Counted from the first letter of the stretch, positions 37,735 to 50,382 are shown. The stretch: 64,000 bases of DNA from Podarcis vaucheri (GCA_965113315.1 OZ220368.1), one strand, 5' to 3'. Numbers and translations: made by a program. Notes: generated from the letters alone by a model not told the origin.

Positions 37735-37896
37735 ACCTTAGATATCTGAGTTCAAGACCCAGGCTTTAAAGCAGAGAATGGTCAGTTCTGTGCTGCCACA
37801 GAACTGAGTGAATTAAGGAGGCATGATTGTCACAAACCAGACCCAAAATTGTACAAACCAGGGAGGAATTAACCTTGAGTGTCCTCTATGTCTCAG

Positions 37897-38079
37897 GTGA
37901 TCAGCAGCATTCCAAACAAACAGCTGAAGTTCCTGAAGGAGGCAGGCCATGGCATTAACAAGGAGGATATTAATGATGAGGAGTTCACTGAGGGTCTGGA
38001 TGAAATCGACCATGCTGAAATGGAGCTGCGGCGAGGACAGATTCTCTGGTTCCGGGGTCTCAACAGAATACAGACTCAG
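37897..38079 (+). CDS. ATP2B4: ATP2B4 coding exon (183 nt): [19 protein letters not shown]...[19 protein letters not shown] (first half of calmodulin-binding domain)
   Basis: tgtctcag|GTG ... CAG|gtacag. Confidence 0.97.
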
Positions 38080-38524
38080 GTACAGTTTTCATTTCTCCCC
38101 TGCTAGGGACTTTTGACTGCCTCCATTGGCGACTCATAGCGACTCCTGCCATAATCAGAGCCCATCCCAGTGAAAGCAGGGCTGCATACCATGGAAAGGG
38201 ATGTGCCATTCACACTGTTGGAAGAGTTGGGAATCAATGGCCTGAGCTAGTGGTGTTGATGTACATGCAGCTGAGCAGATGCACTCACCTGGGCTTTTTC
38301 TAAGCATCGGTGCTTGCTTCCAAGGCAAGTCTCTGCATGCAGAGGAAAAGATGGAGCATTTGATGCCAACCTTTTCTCCCTGCCTCTGTGATGCAATTCT
38401 TTGCAAACAAAAATAGCAGTCCTGCTGAGCTATGCATGTGGTCATTGCTCAGAGTCCCACAATTTGCCTCCAGATCTTTACAGCCCCACTAAATATTTGA
38501 AAAAGGACAATCTATCTTGCTGTT

Positions 38525-38589
38525 GATTTACACTAAGGGCCATGGCCCTTAAATGTAAATCATTTACACTAAGGGCCATGGCCCTTAAA
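38525..38589. repeat. Duplicated 28-bp unit, each copy containing a perfect 18-bp palindrome TAAGGGCCATGGCCCTTA
   Basis: atttacactaagggccatggcccttaaa at 38526-38553 and 38562-38589. Confidence 0.9.
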
Positions 38590-41500
38590 AGTGAACTTGG
38601 ATAAAGCCATTACTTGTGGAGGATTCCACAAAAGGGAAGATCAAGCCCTTGTGAAATCAAGAGGAATGTGTTCGCCACCGTTCATGGACTTAGGCTGACA
38701 GCACAGCAGAGAGTTTCCTCCTTCTGGAGGAACAAACACAGACCAGGCTGCAGATATTTCTGATGGTAAAAATAAATTCAGCCACTTCATTCATGGGCAG
38801 GTCCCCCTGAAGATTCCAGATGAAGATGAAGTTAACATTAACCATTCCTTGCAGATATATACACACAGAGACCATGATATTGCAAAAACTTGCATTGGCT
38901 TTCCAAGTTCCAGAACCTTTTCTTCATAAGTTATAAAATGTGTTTTGACAACTATTCACCGAAAACAAGGTTACAATAGTTGCGCAGACACTGTGACTCC
39001 AAGCACATTCTTAGATTCTGGATTCTTCTCAAGGAAGTGGCATTCACAGAACAGAAGTCAGCTGCAGTTTCATGTCTAGCAAAGGTTGCATCCACAATAC
39101 ATCAACTTTCATAAGGTGTAAGGACTGGCTGATTATTTAAAAAGACCAGCAGCAACATTCATCTTCTTGAGCTTGTATAACCTGGCCTAGATTGTTGCTT
39201 TAAGATATTCTTTTAAGAAGAATATAAGGAAGGTTAGCTCCACTACTGTCTTTCAAATGAAATGGCTCTGACCTCACTTTTTGGGCTGTTTTTGCATATT
39301 GGGGTAATTAGTCATCTCAAGGCCTTGCACTATCCTAATGTAGCAACCTCATGCAACCAGCAATCATCACCAGTCTTAGACCCCCACCTGCATTTAAATC
39401 AGTATCATTCCACTTTAAACAGCCATGGCTTTCCCCAAAGAATTCTGGGAACTGTGTTTCGTTAAGGGTGGCGAGGGTTGTTCGAAGACCCTTATTCCCC
39501 TCAGAGAGCTACAGTTCACAGAGTTTCGCAGGATAATGGATTGACTGTAATACCTCTCTGAATATTGTAGCTCTGTTGAGGTAATAGGAGTCTCCTAACA
39601 ATGCTCACACCCTTCACAAACCACAGTTGCAATATAAAAACACAAAATACATACCATAATAACAAACAAAAATAATAACCCCTCCCCTCCCACACAGTAT
39701 TATTATTATTTTAATGGTATGATATTGCTATAAATATATAGGGCAGATGGGATTTTATTTTTTATTTTTGTCATTACTCTGAGTTCAGTGATGAGAGTTT
39801 ATTTCTGGGGCCTTCCTAACCACTGATGACAACTCACTGTTGCATGATAGTTATTACCATTATACTAGAGATGCTGATATAGTGTCGCATAATTTTTATA
39901 AATCACTACCCTGGGCTCCTTTGGAAGGAAGGGTGAGATATATATTTAATAAATACAGATGAGGCGACACTAATTTCACTGTTTTCTTCCTTCTGCCTGC
40001 CAGGGGATGCACTAGTATTTAAAAGCCAAATCTAATGTATGGTGTATCCCATTAAGCAGGAGAGATTGATGGGGAAGATAGAGCCAAAGGAGGAAGGGAC
40101 AGAGGGCAAGTTGAGGACTGAGCTTTGTGGAATGGATGTCCTAAGTTAATGCTCCGCCCTTTCCTTGTATGCCTTGAAAAGTCACCGAAATTTGCTATTT
40201 GTCCAGTTGCTTGCCTCCATGATAGGAAACCAAGCCCTTGAAGGAGGCGAAATGATCTTGGGTGAATGTCTGCATGAGACCTGGATATGAGTTATATTTT
40301 ACATGTATTTTACCATTGTGATCTGTGACCACCTGGAATGTGGTTCTTTGTACTGTGCATTGTTTTAAAAATATCGTTTTGATCCGCACACCCAAGTCAC
40401 ATGCAAAGGATGAAATGAAGACCGAACCTACTGAGTTTGCCAAAGGCTGCATGTGGGCATACAGTTTGACGCAGCATCTAGTTGTTTAAAGTTCTGATGC
40501 TGTCTTGTATCAGATGGGCAAGGTCACTGTTGCATGTCACTCACTGCCTAGGATGTTTCACTGTGAGTTCCAAGGAATGCAAAGACCCATTCTGGGTCAG
40601 AGTTGCGCATCACTTGAGGAGAAGTGTCTGTGTTTAGTTGCCTGTGCTGGTCCACAACAAAGTCTTCAGAGGGAGAGCCGTTCAGTATCAGAAGTGCTCC
40701 TCTCTGTACTCCAGACATGGCAGATGATGGTAGGTACAACCAGACATAATATGGTATTGCAAAGTTTCCTGAACTGTAAGAAACCCTCATCAAGCCAATA
40801 AGGAAGAAGTGACCAGGTCAAGTGTGTGAAAGAGCTGTTTCACTGATGGAGCTTTGCATGTTCACTGAATGGACAACGCTGCCTGCTACAGCCAGCACTA
40901 TGCAAATGTGAGACACCTTGAGTGGTTGTGGGGGTTTTTTAAATATGTGATATGTAATGTAGATCTAAGCAAACAAGCCTTGAACCTGGAAACCAAAGCT
41001 CCTGGTAATGCAGATTCTCCTATATCTGTCTTCCTTCGGGAAAACAGCGGGGATTCTTTTTACTGCTTGCATGATTAACCACTGAAACAGTCTGCATCCA
41101 GGATGCAATAGCCACAGTCCTTCCCTTCTGAGCAAAAGGCATTTCCAGCTGAGATAGAATGACTTGCCAGTGCTTAGAGCAACCGGAAGTTGTACCAGTG
41201 CAGCAGCTTTTTCTGCCCTTCCCTTTCCAAAACCAGGAATGATACAAAGACCACTTTCTGCTCTTGTGATACCTCTGCATGTTGCTGTGCCCTTTCTGCT
41301 TTGGGATGAATGGACAAGCTGCTGCTGCAATTAATTCCAGCTTGGTTGTTATGTGACTTGTTTCCTAATGTTGGCCAAACGAAATGACCCACTCTGATTC
41401 AGGGCCTGGACCTTGGCAATAAGCCTGGCTGGCACACACCACTCCTGGTTAGAGTTTTCTGCTATTGGCCCTTAGTGTCCCTTGGTGACATTTAGAACCC

Positions 41501-41656
41501 ACCACACATCCACCACACATGTCAATGTGCAGGCTGCACTTTTGGGTCATTCAGACTTCGGCCTTCATGCTCCTTCTTCCCACTGCCTTTATATAAGATT
41601 CCCACCACCTGCCGTCTCACCTACATGTTTAAAATCAAAAGTGGTTTGACTACACC

Positions 41657-41777
41657 AGAGGTGGTAAACTTGTGGTCTTGCAGATGTTATTGGATTTCAA
41701 CTCCCATCAGCCCCAGCCAACATGGCCAGTGGTCAGAGTCATGGGAGTCGTAGTTCATCAGAGGTGCCCCATACCTG
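41657..41777. mobile_element. Hairpin MITE copy
   Basis: Same arms as the other copies (caactcccatcagccccagcc...atgggagtcgtagt). Confidence 0.65.
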
Positions 41778-42549
41778 TTATAGTCAAATGCATGTGATGA
41801 AACTCGGGCAACACCTAGGAATAGTGATTTGTAGCAGAGTTGTGGTGTGGTGTGCATATAAATATGCTTAATAAAATTGTCCCTCCCCTCCCACTTCAGT
41901 TACTCTGCAGGTGCACATTTATCCTTTGCAAAATGTGTATCTGGAGCTCTGAAGAGGGGTGGGTAAGTCTCTTTGGGATGAATTGAGGCAGGACAGTAAG
42001 AGGCCAGGGAAGAGGTTTTTTAATACTTACCTAACAAATTTATACGCTGCCCATCCATGTAAATAATAACAATTCCAGGGCAGGCTACAGAAACCAGGCT
42101 TAAAAACAACAACAAAACCAACAGATGGAATATAAACACCAGAATAAAAGTAGGAGTTAGGCTTCCCTCCTGCAATTTCTCCACTACACATTGCCCCATC
42201 TTGACACTCCACAGCAACCAAGATGTAGACCTGCAAAGTTTCATTATATGCATTTGCACATAACACGTAGTTGGACCCTAAAATACTGCACCTGCTGCAA
42301 ACACAGGAATAATTGGGGAAGAGAAAGGAGATGGCTGGGAGCTCTTGGCTGAGGGGCTCTACGTTTTGGATGAACTGCTGAAACTGTTTACGGGGATGTC
42401 TTGGGTTTTTCCTCTTTCCCCTTCCACTTTGGTTCCTTACTGTTTGTATCTGTATCCTTTGTCTGCCCGGTTTCCCCTTCCAACTCTCCCAGTTCCTTTT
42501 CCTCTTTTGAATGTGGGACAAAGCTATCTTACTCTCTGATTCTTTGCAG

Positions 42550-42748
42550 ATGGACGTAGTTTACACATTCCAGACCGGCGCCTCCTCTTTACAGGGAGCC
42601 CTCAGGAGACAGCCTTCCATCGTGAGCCAACACCACGATGTAAAAAATGTTTCTAGCCCAACCCATGTAGCTCTTTCCTCCGTCAATTCCACTCCCACCA
42701 CTTCTGCTGCTGCTGCTGCTGTTGCTGCTGCATCTCCTCCTGCGGGCA
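42550..42748 (+). CDS. ATP2B4: Alternative splice-site-C exon (199 nt, frameshifting, a form): MDVVYTFQTGASSLQGALRRQPSIVSQHHDVKNVSSPTHVALSSVNSTPTTSAAAAAVAAASPPAG
   Basis: tctttgcag|ATG ... GGC A|gtgagt; joining to 50383 gives NQSGECVP*, like the mammalian PMCA4a tail NQSGQSVP. Confidence 0.92.
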
Positions 42749-42768
42749 GTGAGTGATAGTCTATTCAA

Positions 42769-42774
42769 TGCATG
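42769..42774 (+). promoter_or_regulatory. RBFOX motif TGCATG about 20 nt downstream of the C-exon donor
   Basis: Exact hexamer at a position typical of inclusion enhancers; function inferred. Confidence 0.6.
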
Positions 42775-43225
42775 ACTTCCTAATAACCACCAAAGGGCAC
42801 TCGCACAGACCTAACCAAACCTGTTCTCTTTCCCTTTTCTTTTAACCTATAACTTGATTCATGGTTTCTTGTCTTGAGAATTGGGAGGAAGTGCGGGAAA
42901 AAGCCATTCTGTTTATATATTATATACAACTTTTTTAAAGTTCTTGCATCTTTTAACTTTTAGTTCTTTCTGGTTCTTTTTTCTGTTTGTTTGTTTTTAT
43001 CTCCTACTCTATTGCAACTTTTTGTCTTTCTCCTCCTTGCAGGACAGAATTATGACTCCCATATTTGGGTACCCAGAAAGTTTGATGCTCTTATTAGGGA
43101 GACAGCAGAGGGGAGGGGGTAGTTTAGTTATCAGCCACAGCTAAATATAGAGATGGGTCTCTGTCTTGCTTTCAACAGGAAGTGCTCCTGCTGATATTAT
43201 TTTCCTCCTACTCTAATCGTAATTT

Positions 43226-43356
43226 CATAGAATTCATAGAATTGTAGAGTTGGAAGGGACCATGAGGGTCATCTAGTCCAATGCCCTTTCACTCAACATA
43301 GGGCTTGAAGCCATGACCCTGAAATTAAGAGTCTCATACTCTATCAACTGAGCTAT
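43226..43356 (-). mobile_element. tRNA-Lys-derived SINE with CR1-type tail; tail fragments also at about 22314, 27630 and 31418
   Basis: Reverse complement of the 10037 family (ttaagagtctcat...caactgagctat). Confidence 0.8.
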
Positions 43357-44586
43357 TCAGGGATTAATTGAAAGCAGCATTTGCCCTTGAAGGGTTCTGG
43401 AAGGCTTAGGCTACAATCTTGTGCACCTTTACTTGGTAATAAGCCTTATTGCAGTCAATGGAAATTACTGTGGAATAAACATGCTTCAGATTAGGCAGTT
43501 AGCACCTGACTCTCATTCAGATCAGGAGAAGGTCTCAGGGTAGCAGGCTTAGCACCATCAGTTTCAAGATTTTGTTTGGTTCTCCATCAAGGCTAATATT
43601 ATCAGGTAGGACTGATAAAGTCTGCTGGTGCTGTTGAGTCCGTAGGCACTTCTGAGAATGATAGATCAGCCCTCCTCTTCTATGCAAACATCTCATTCCT
43701 TTAAAAAGAAAATAGGGGTGCAAATATAATATGTTCTGTCACCATACAGATGAAGCATAGCATAGATGCTCTTGATTTGGAAGAATCTCTTGTAATCAAC
43801 ACTGAGCTATTATTGGGGTGGGATTTCCGTCATCTAAAACCGGGAGCTTGTTTTAGCACTCTATAGCATATCATGTAATCTGCGTAAAATCCACAGCCTT
43901 TTAGTTTATGTCAGTGTGCTGCTGGTTCACAGAGACTTATGTGGGTCTTCTGTTTTAGTTAGACTTCCAAGCCAGACTTAAGTCCTTTATTGAAGCTAAA
44001 CTTTGTGTTCTGCTTCTACACTGGAATAGACTTTGCCTGTGTGCACAAAATTGGGTGGCTTAGTTGTTTAGAAATTGGATTTCTACAAATGCAGGCATTG
44101 GTCCAGTTCACATATTGCAGCAACCCATAAATGATTTCCTATGAATGCACCTTTCTGGGCATGAACCCTGTCTTAGCATTATGTCCAAACCAGGGATTAT
44201 GGTTTGTTACAAAATATATATATAGTTGATCCAAGAACAAATGTTGGCCTCCCGTGGTTTGTTGGGAGTGAAAGAAACCACAATTCCTAGTTCAAATGTA
44301 ACTCTTAAACCCAGGGATCATGGCTTTTTTTTTTTTCTCCAAGTGAAAGCAAGGAGGAGCAAAGTGACCCAGATTGGTGTGTTTATGGTAAACCAATAAT
44401 GTGGTGTGTCAAAGAGCGCATTAACTTTTCCTGCGCAAAGAGATGGCAGGTGTGAAAAGATGGTATACAAAATAATATTTACATAAAACAGCAGTTACTA
44501 ATTTTTCTCATTCATCTGGGTCAGTCATTTATGTGCTTTGCTGTACTATAAATAATATACATATATTGCCCAGAAGGGTTATCTTT

Positions 44587-44589
<3 letters not shown>

Positions 44590-44622
<33 letters not shown>
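44590..44622. repeat. (CA)n microsatellite
   Basis: Read directly. Confidence 0.95.
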
Positions 44623-44623
<1 letters not shown>

Positions 44624-44642
44624 CCACATCTATGCTTCTAGA

Positions 44643-44783
44643 GTAGCCTTCCCCAATCTGCTGTTCTCCAAATGTTTTGAACTACAACTCCCATTACACC
44701 TGACTGTTGGCCATGCTACCTGAGGCTGATGGGAGCCGGAGTCCCAAACAAAAGTGTGGAGGGCACCAGGTTGGGGAAAGCTG
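44643..44783. mobile_element. Hairpin MITE copy
   Basis: gccttccccaatctg ... caggttggggaaagc inverted ends. Confidence 0.7.
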
Positions 44784-45769
44784 ATTTAGAATAATACATT
44801 TTTCCCCCATGTTAAGAGGTGCTGTCCAATATTTATTGCTCTCCAGCATTTATTTATTTGCTTGCTTTAATCTCCTTTCTTTTTGACCAATGTTTCAAGG
44901 AGGAGAATTTTCCTAATCATTTACATTTTGCACGTAGCCAACACTGACATTTTTATTTTTATGCATACCCCAGAGTTTCTGAAGAAGTGCAGCTGTTGCC
45001 ATTTACTTATCTATATGTGCATCCATGTAATAGTTTATTAAAAAGAATATGCTCAGGTTATATGCATCACATTCAGCAAAAGAAGCTGCCAACAGCACAC
45101 AAAATAGTACTTCTTAATTTTTATCTGTTTGAAGAGGGCTTGATAGGAAAAAGAAAATGTATCATCTGTGTGGATAGCATGGTTTCTTGTTCTATAACAA
45201 CTGCATCAAAAACTATCCTTTTCCTTTTTGGACTACCTATGCAGTTTCCTACTTGACTTCTGCTACTCTTTAAAGCTACATCTCTCTCTCTCTCTCTCCT
45301 TCTTTCGCTTAATACCTGGTGGAAAGTTCTACAGTGTTTAAAGTCACCAGTCCCAAAATGCTGTGTTCGTGAAGGCTGATTGGTTTAGAAAAGGAAGAGC
45401 TCATGAGTACATGAAAAGGGGTGGGTGGTGTGTCCATATCTCTAAGGTTTGCTTATTGTAGACCATGTGAAAGGATTCCCGGTTCTTTCAAGAAAGAAGA
45501 GGTAAGATTCTAAAGGAACTATGGCTTGCCAAGTGCTCAGAAGGTAGCTAAAGAACATATATCCTATTTCCTTCCACTCGGAAGAAAGAGGGAAATGTTT
45601 CTGTTTTCACCCTGTTTGTTAATAACCCAGCCCTGAGCAGACAGCGGCAGAACTGAATCAATTAGCATAGATCACACTAATTGATTGTTCTCTTGGTGAT
45701 GGATCTGATTATTACATGTGTTACAAAATACAAAACTTCTTTTCAGGAAGCTTTGCCATTAGCCTTTTT

Positions 45770-45917
45770 CAGTGCTTTTTCCCCTGGGGGTATGCAAGGG
45801 TACGCATACCCCTAAACATTTTGTGAATCTAAGTTTGGCCTCATCAAGGGACAGTATTTCAATATGAGTAGGAAAATGAGAGTACCCCTAAACATTTTTT
45901 AGGGGGAAAAGGCACTG
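45770..45917. mobile_element. hAT-type MITE (148 bp)
   Basis: Inverted termini cagtgctttttcccc / ggggaaaaggcactg; 8-bp TSD gccttttt at 45762-45769 and 45918-45925. Confidence 0.88.
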
Positions 45918-46204
45918 GCCTTTTTAGAGGTTCCTATTAGGACCAAAAGGCAGGAAATAAATAATTTGATACACTTTCTACCTGTGCTTCATCTGTAGCA
46001 TGCACACCTTTGGCATAGGTGAAGTAAAGTACTTTACCCTCTGACATGTACTGGGCCAGTGGTAAAAGATGCAGAATACTTTATTTTAAATATGGAACCC
46101 ATGGAGGGATGGAAGGAGGTCTGAAGGTTTGTAAGAACCATCAAGAGAGTTAGAAGAGTCCTATTTTTAAGTTCGGCTTCAGCTGCTTGATCCTTGCTGT
46201 GAGC

Positions 46205-46570
46205 ATGAACATACAATGAGTCTCCTGGATCAGGCCAATGGCCCATTTGGTCCAACATCCTGTTTTCACAGTCGCCAACCAGATGCCTATGGGAAGCCTG
46301 CAAGCTGGACACGAGTGCAACAGCTCTCTGCCCACCTGCAGTTTCCAGCAACTGGTATTCCGAGGCATCATGCCTCTGACAGAAGATGTGGAACATAGCC
46401 ATCAATGGCCTTGCCCTCCATGAATGCTCTCTCACCCATCCAAGTTGGTGGCCATCACTGCTTCCTGATGGAGCAAGTTCCATAGTTCAACTCTGCACAG
46501 CGCAAGGAAGTGCTTTCTTTTATCTGCCTTCAATCTTCCAACGTTCAGCTTCAACAGATGTTCATGAGTT
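46205..46570 (-). mobile_element. CR1-type LINE 3' end
   Basis: 3' UTR ggatcaggccaatggcccat...catcctgttttcacagt...ccaaccagatgcc plus a degenerate ORF2 end. Confidence 0.7.
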
Positions 46571-47195
46571 AGGAAGATAGTCTTCTCCACTATGGTGAGA
46601 TGTACTATCTTTCTTTTTACATGTCAGGATTTTGTTATATATTTATAGCTCTTTGCCCATGAAACTGACCCAGGTCTGCTTCAGGTGGCAGAGGAGGATA
46701 AAAGGCGAGTGTTCCCATAATGAGCAAAGCCAATTCAAGGAGAAGAGGAGCCAAATGTGGCTGATCTCTCAACTGAACCAGTGGAGTGGCCCTGCAAACC
46801 TTCTATTCCTTCCTCTTCTACAAACTGATATATAATGGCTACTGCCAGGTGATGGTGGGCCTGCCTCCTTCCCCCCCCCCCTCCTTAGTAGCCAGATGGA
46901 ATGGCTGCTTCAGGTGACCAAAGAACAAAGTCGTCTTACTTTTTAATAGGGTGGTGATGATTATGAGCCATGACAGCAGAATATGTCTCTGGTTGTGTGA
47001 TCTTGAGAACAGTCAACAGATGATGGTTGGCACAGACTATGCCATGCTGCTCCAGCAGAGACTGAATGCTAGATCAGGACTGATTCTATGAGGCAGTTCT
47101 TAAAATCAGTTTATACTCAGAGTAGCAATCCTGAGGCCATGACCTTACAAGCGTCATTCAGTGGACAGTCTGTCCTTGCTGGCACAACAGATAGC

Positions 47196-47400
47196 ATAAT
47201 AATAATAATAATAATTTATTATTTGTACCCCACCCATCTGGCTGGGTTTCCCCAGCCACTCTGGGCGGCTTCCATAGAAACCAAAAAACACTAAAATATC
47301 ATACATTACAAACTTCCCTGAACAGGGCTGCCTTAAGATGTCTTCTGAATGTCAGGTAGTTGTTCATCGTTTTGACATCTGATGGGAGGGCGTTCCACAG
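47196..47400 (-). mobile_element. Young L2 3' end, same subfamily as 9517
   Basis: (TAA)n, cccatctggctgggtttccccagccactctgggcggct, cagggctgccttaagatgtcttctgaatgtcagg. Confidence 0.88.
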
Positions 47401-49491
47401 ATTCAGAGTTACTTGTTGCAAAGTTACTGTGACATTTTGTTGTGATAAGCAAAACATTCAGCTGCAACATAGCACAGAGAACCATTCTGGCAAGATGCAG
47501 AACTTTGCAATGAATACAAAATGAAGTTGGCAGCATGAGCAAACACGAGCGGAGTCAACTTGAGTTCCTTTTAATTCAGAAAGAATGGTAGGGAAACCTG
47601 ATCCTGGCTGAATAAGGAGGCCAGTCTGAGGAATCTTAACTTTCCTCTACCTGCATAGAACATCTCTAGTATTTGAACTCAGTGCAGACCAAACTGCTTT
47701 TGATTTTGTCAGGAGTCATTCAGTTCATTAAAATAAAAAAAGGGTTGGAGTATCACCTTCCATTCGTTGGCAGCAACAAAATTCATGAAGTTCAACAAAT
47801 GCCTCTTCAGGTATTCAAAGTAATATGTGAGGGGTCAAACCGGATAAGGGTGCACAGAACCCAGACCACTCCCAACACCTCTGTGTACCAGCCCTGCCCT
47901 TTGCATAGTTAGTGCAGGGGTTGAGTGGAATGCAGTTAGACTTCTCCCCATGACTGGCATCCTGTACAGTGGGAGTTCCTTGTCAGAGAGAGGATTTCCA
48001 TTGCATTCAGCTCAACTCTGTTAGAATTGCCCTTTAGACCTTTGGCACCAAACACGTGATCAAGAGAAGAGGGGGTGTGAGGGGCGCATGCACACCTATT
48101 TCAAACGCCTAAAGAGGGGCTATCATCTTGAGACGAACCGGGACATAGAAAACAACTTAGTTCAAAGGTGCCATGTAGCTAGGCTCAGGGCAGCATATTT
48201 CCCAGCCATATCTTGTGTGCTGGCCCCTCCTTCCCCTCAACAAAGTGCAGAAGAGAAATAGCAATATGCAATGGCGAAGCATCATATGGGAGGACAGTGT
48301 TGAAAACTCCTGCAAATATCTCCCCCAGGCCCAGTCAGGTATTTCATTAAGCAGAGGTCCAGAACCCTGACTGTGGGCCAGGGTGAGTTCTACCTGTTGT
48401 GCCTCCATTAGAACCTGCCGCTTCCTGACACCAGTTAGGAGAGGAGAAGCAACAAGCAGTATTTCAGTACACAAAGCATTCAGGGTATGCATAGCTCCAA
48501 CCACAGTTCAAGTTGCATTACCTCCTGTTGTATAGACCTCTCACACATGTAAGATGTGTTAATTCAGTGGTCTACTACAAATGTTTGAGAGCACTCTACA
48601 AAGCTTCCACCCCACCCCCTTCATAGTGTAAAAACTTCCTTTATTTAGAGATCCGATGGTGAGAACCGGAAGCATAACCTACATGTTGCTTCCTTTGCAT
48701 TCAAAGTTACAAATAACTGTATTTAAAAGAGGGAGTGGGGATTCCTCCCCCGGTTGATAAATAGGTAGTTATTTGGACCTGTTATTAATTAGAATGGTTT
48801 TTTTTAAGGTACTAATTGTGAGCCATCTCTGCATAAAATACAAATTACATTGTGATATATTATACTGTTGGGATGCATTTTATGCATTATGCTTTGCAGA
48901 AAGTAATATACTTATTCATATTTCATACCTGTATGATTAGACTGGGGAACTGCAAGTTCTGATCATCACACTTCCATGTTTGTGTTGGTTTGTCTGGGTA
49001 AGCGTGACTTTCACAAAAATATGCTTCATCCTGTAAAGGGAAGATGTCTCAACTCCATTGTTCTGGAAATATGATTTGCACTTTACTCATGTGACCGAGC
49101 AAACTGTGATTGAAATGGGAATTGGAGGGATAGGAATGCCCTGCGTTTGAGTCTGAGACTTTCTAAGCAGTCAAAGGAAATTAGCATTGATATTTTGCTA
49201 CCAAATGTGCTTAGAGCTACAGACATTGCTGTTAAAGAGCCATCTGTGTAGAAGCCTAGTTTCTTAGCTATGTTTGGGAGTCGAAAGCTCAGTTTTTCTT
49301 TCTTACCAAGACTCTCTGCACCAGAAAAGTGAGCTGGAGAAGAGATAGTCTAGTCTGCGATCAGCCAAAATTGCCCATATGGCTACACGCTGAATGTCCT
49401 TTCCTTAGGCTTCTTTTTAGTGTGGGGGTTTCCACAAGCCAAGAACACTGAACCGGCTCCTGTACTGAGCAGCTGGATGCTAGCAAAGCAA

Positions 49492-49626
49492 GGGCAGGGG
49501 AACCGTGGCCCTCCAGCAGTTGCTGAACTCATAACTCTCATGAGCCCCATCCAGCAGAGCCAATAGTAAAGAATGGTGGGAGTTGTAGTCCAATAGCATT
49601 TGGAGGGCCACAGTTCCCCACGCCTT
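49492..49626. mobile_element. Hairpin MITE copy
   Basis: ggggaaccgtggccctccag ... tggagggccacagttcccc. Confidence 0.75.
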
Positions 49627-50382
49627 CAGAGCTAGGTCTGCAGTTAGTAATCACTGCCAACTGCAAAGCACACTGACTTGTAAGATGGTTCTGGAGCTCC
49701 TGCAGTTTAGCAGCCATCACCAGGTTAACTCTTGCATGCGCACTGGTACATTCATCATTATCGGCATTCTGCTTGGATTTGCTGCAGTACACGGTCTTGA
49801 TCAATTTTTTGGTGTTTGTTTGTGAGAGAGAGACACATTCAGCTAATTAATCTTTATAGGTTTGGAAATTTAAAAGTGACACCACCGCTTCCCTGCCTAA
49901 TTTCACCTTGAAGCAAATCACACTTTGCAAGAGTACATGTCTTAACTTGCCACTTTGAGCTGTTTTATTGGGGGTATTTGTTGTTGCTGCTGCTGAACAC
50001 ATAGACACACATTTGAGAATGGTTGTGCTTTGAATGTCCATGCATTTCAAAGCTATTGTCTTAGAAATGTTACATGTCTTTTCTTGCAGCTCCTGAGGCG
50101 TCCTCATAGTTGGTTGCCCCATCACACGCATAGTGCCTGACCTTTGACCCATGTGGCCATTCTGGTTCTCCATAGGTCCTCTTTTTAAGATTGATTTTAG
50201 CTTTTTTTGTTGTTGAAAACTACTATTGTTGTTGTTGCTGCTGCCGCTGCTGTTCTTGTTTTTCATTATACCTGTTGAGTTCTTCTTCCCCCTGAAGTCC
50301 TGAAGAGCTCTCTCTGGCCACCGCTCACTTTTGTGTTTTTGCTTGTTTGTCTGTTTTACTCCCCAATCCCTCTTTGATACAG

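Noticed and set aside
38080-38106. Read-through isoform ending VQFSFLPC*
   Set aside because: Any unspliced donor gives such a tail; there is no nearby poly(A) signal or homology to support it.
38080-50382. Intronic H/ACA snoRNA (human ATP2B4 hosts SNORA77, from recall)
   Set aside because: I could not recognise a snoRNA by eye; an Infernal/Rfam scan would settle it.
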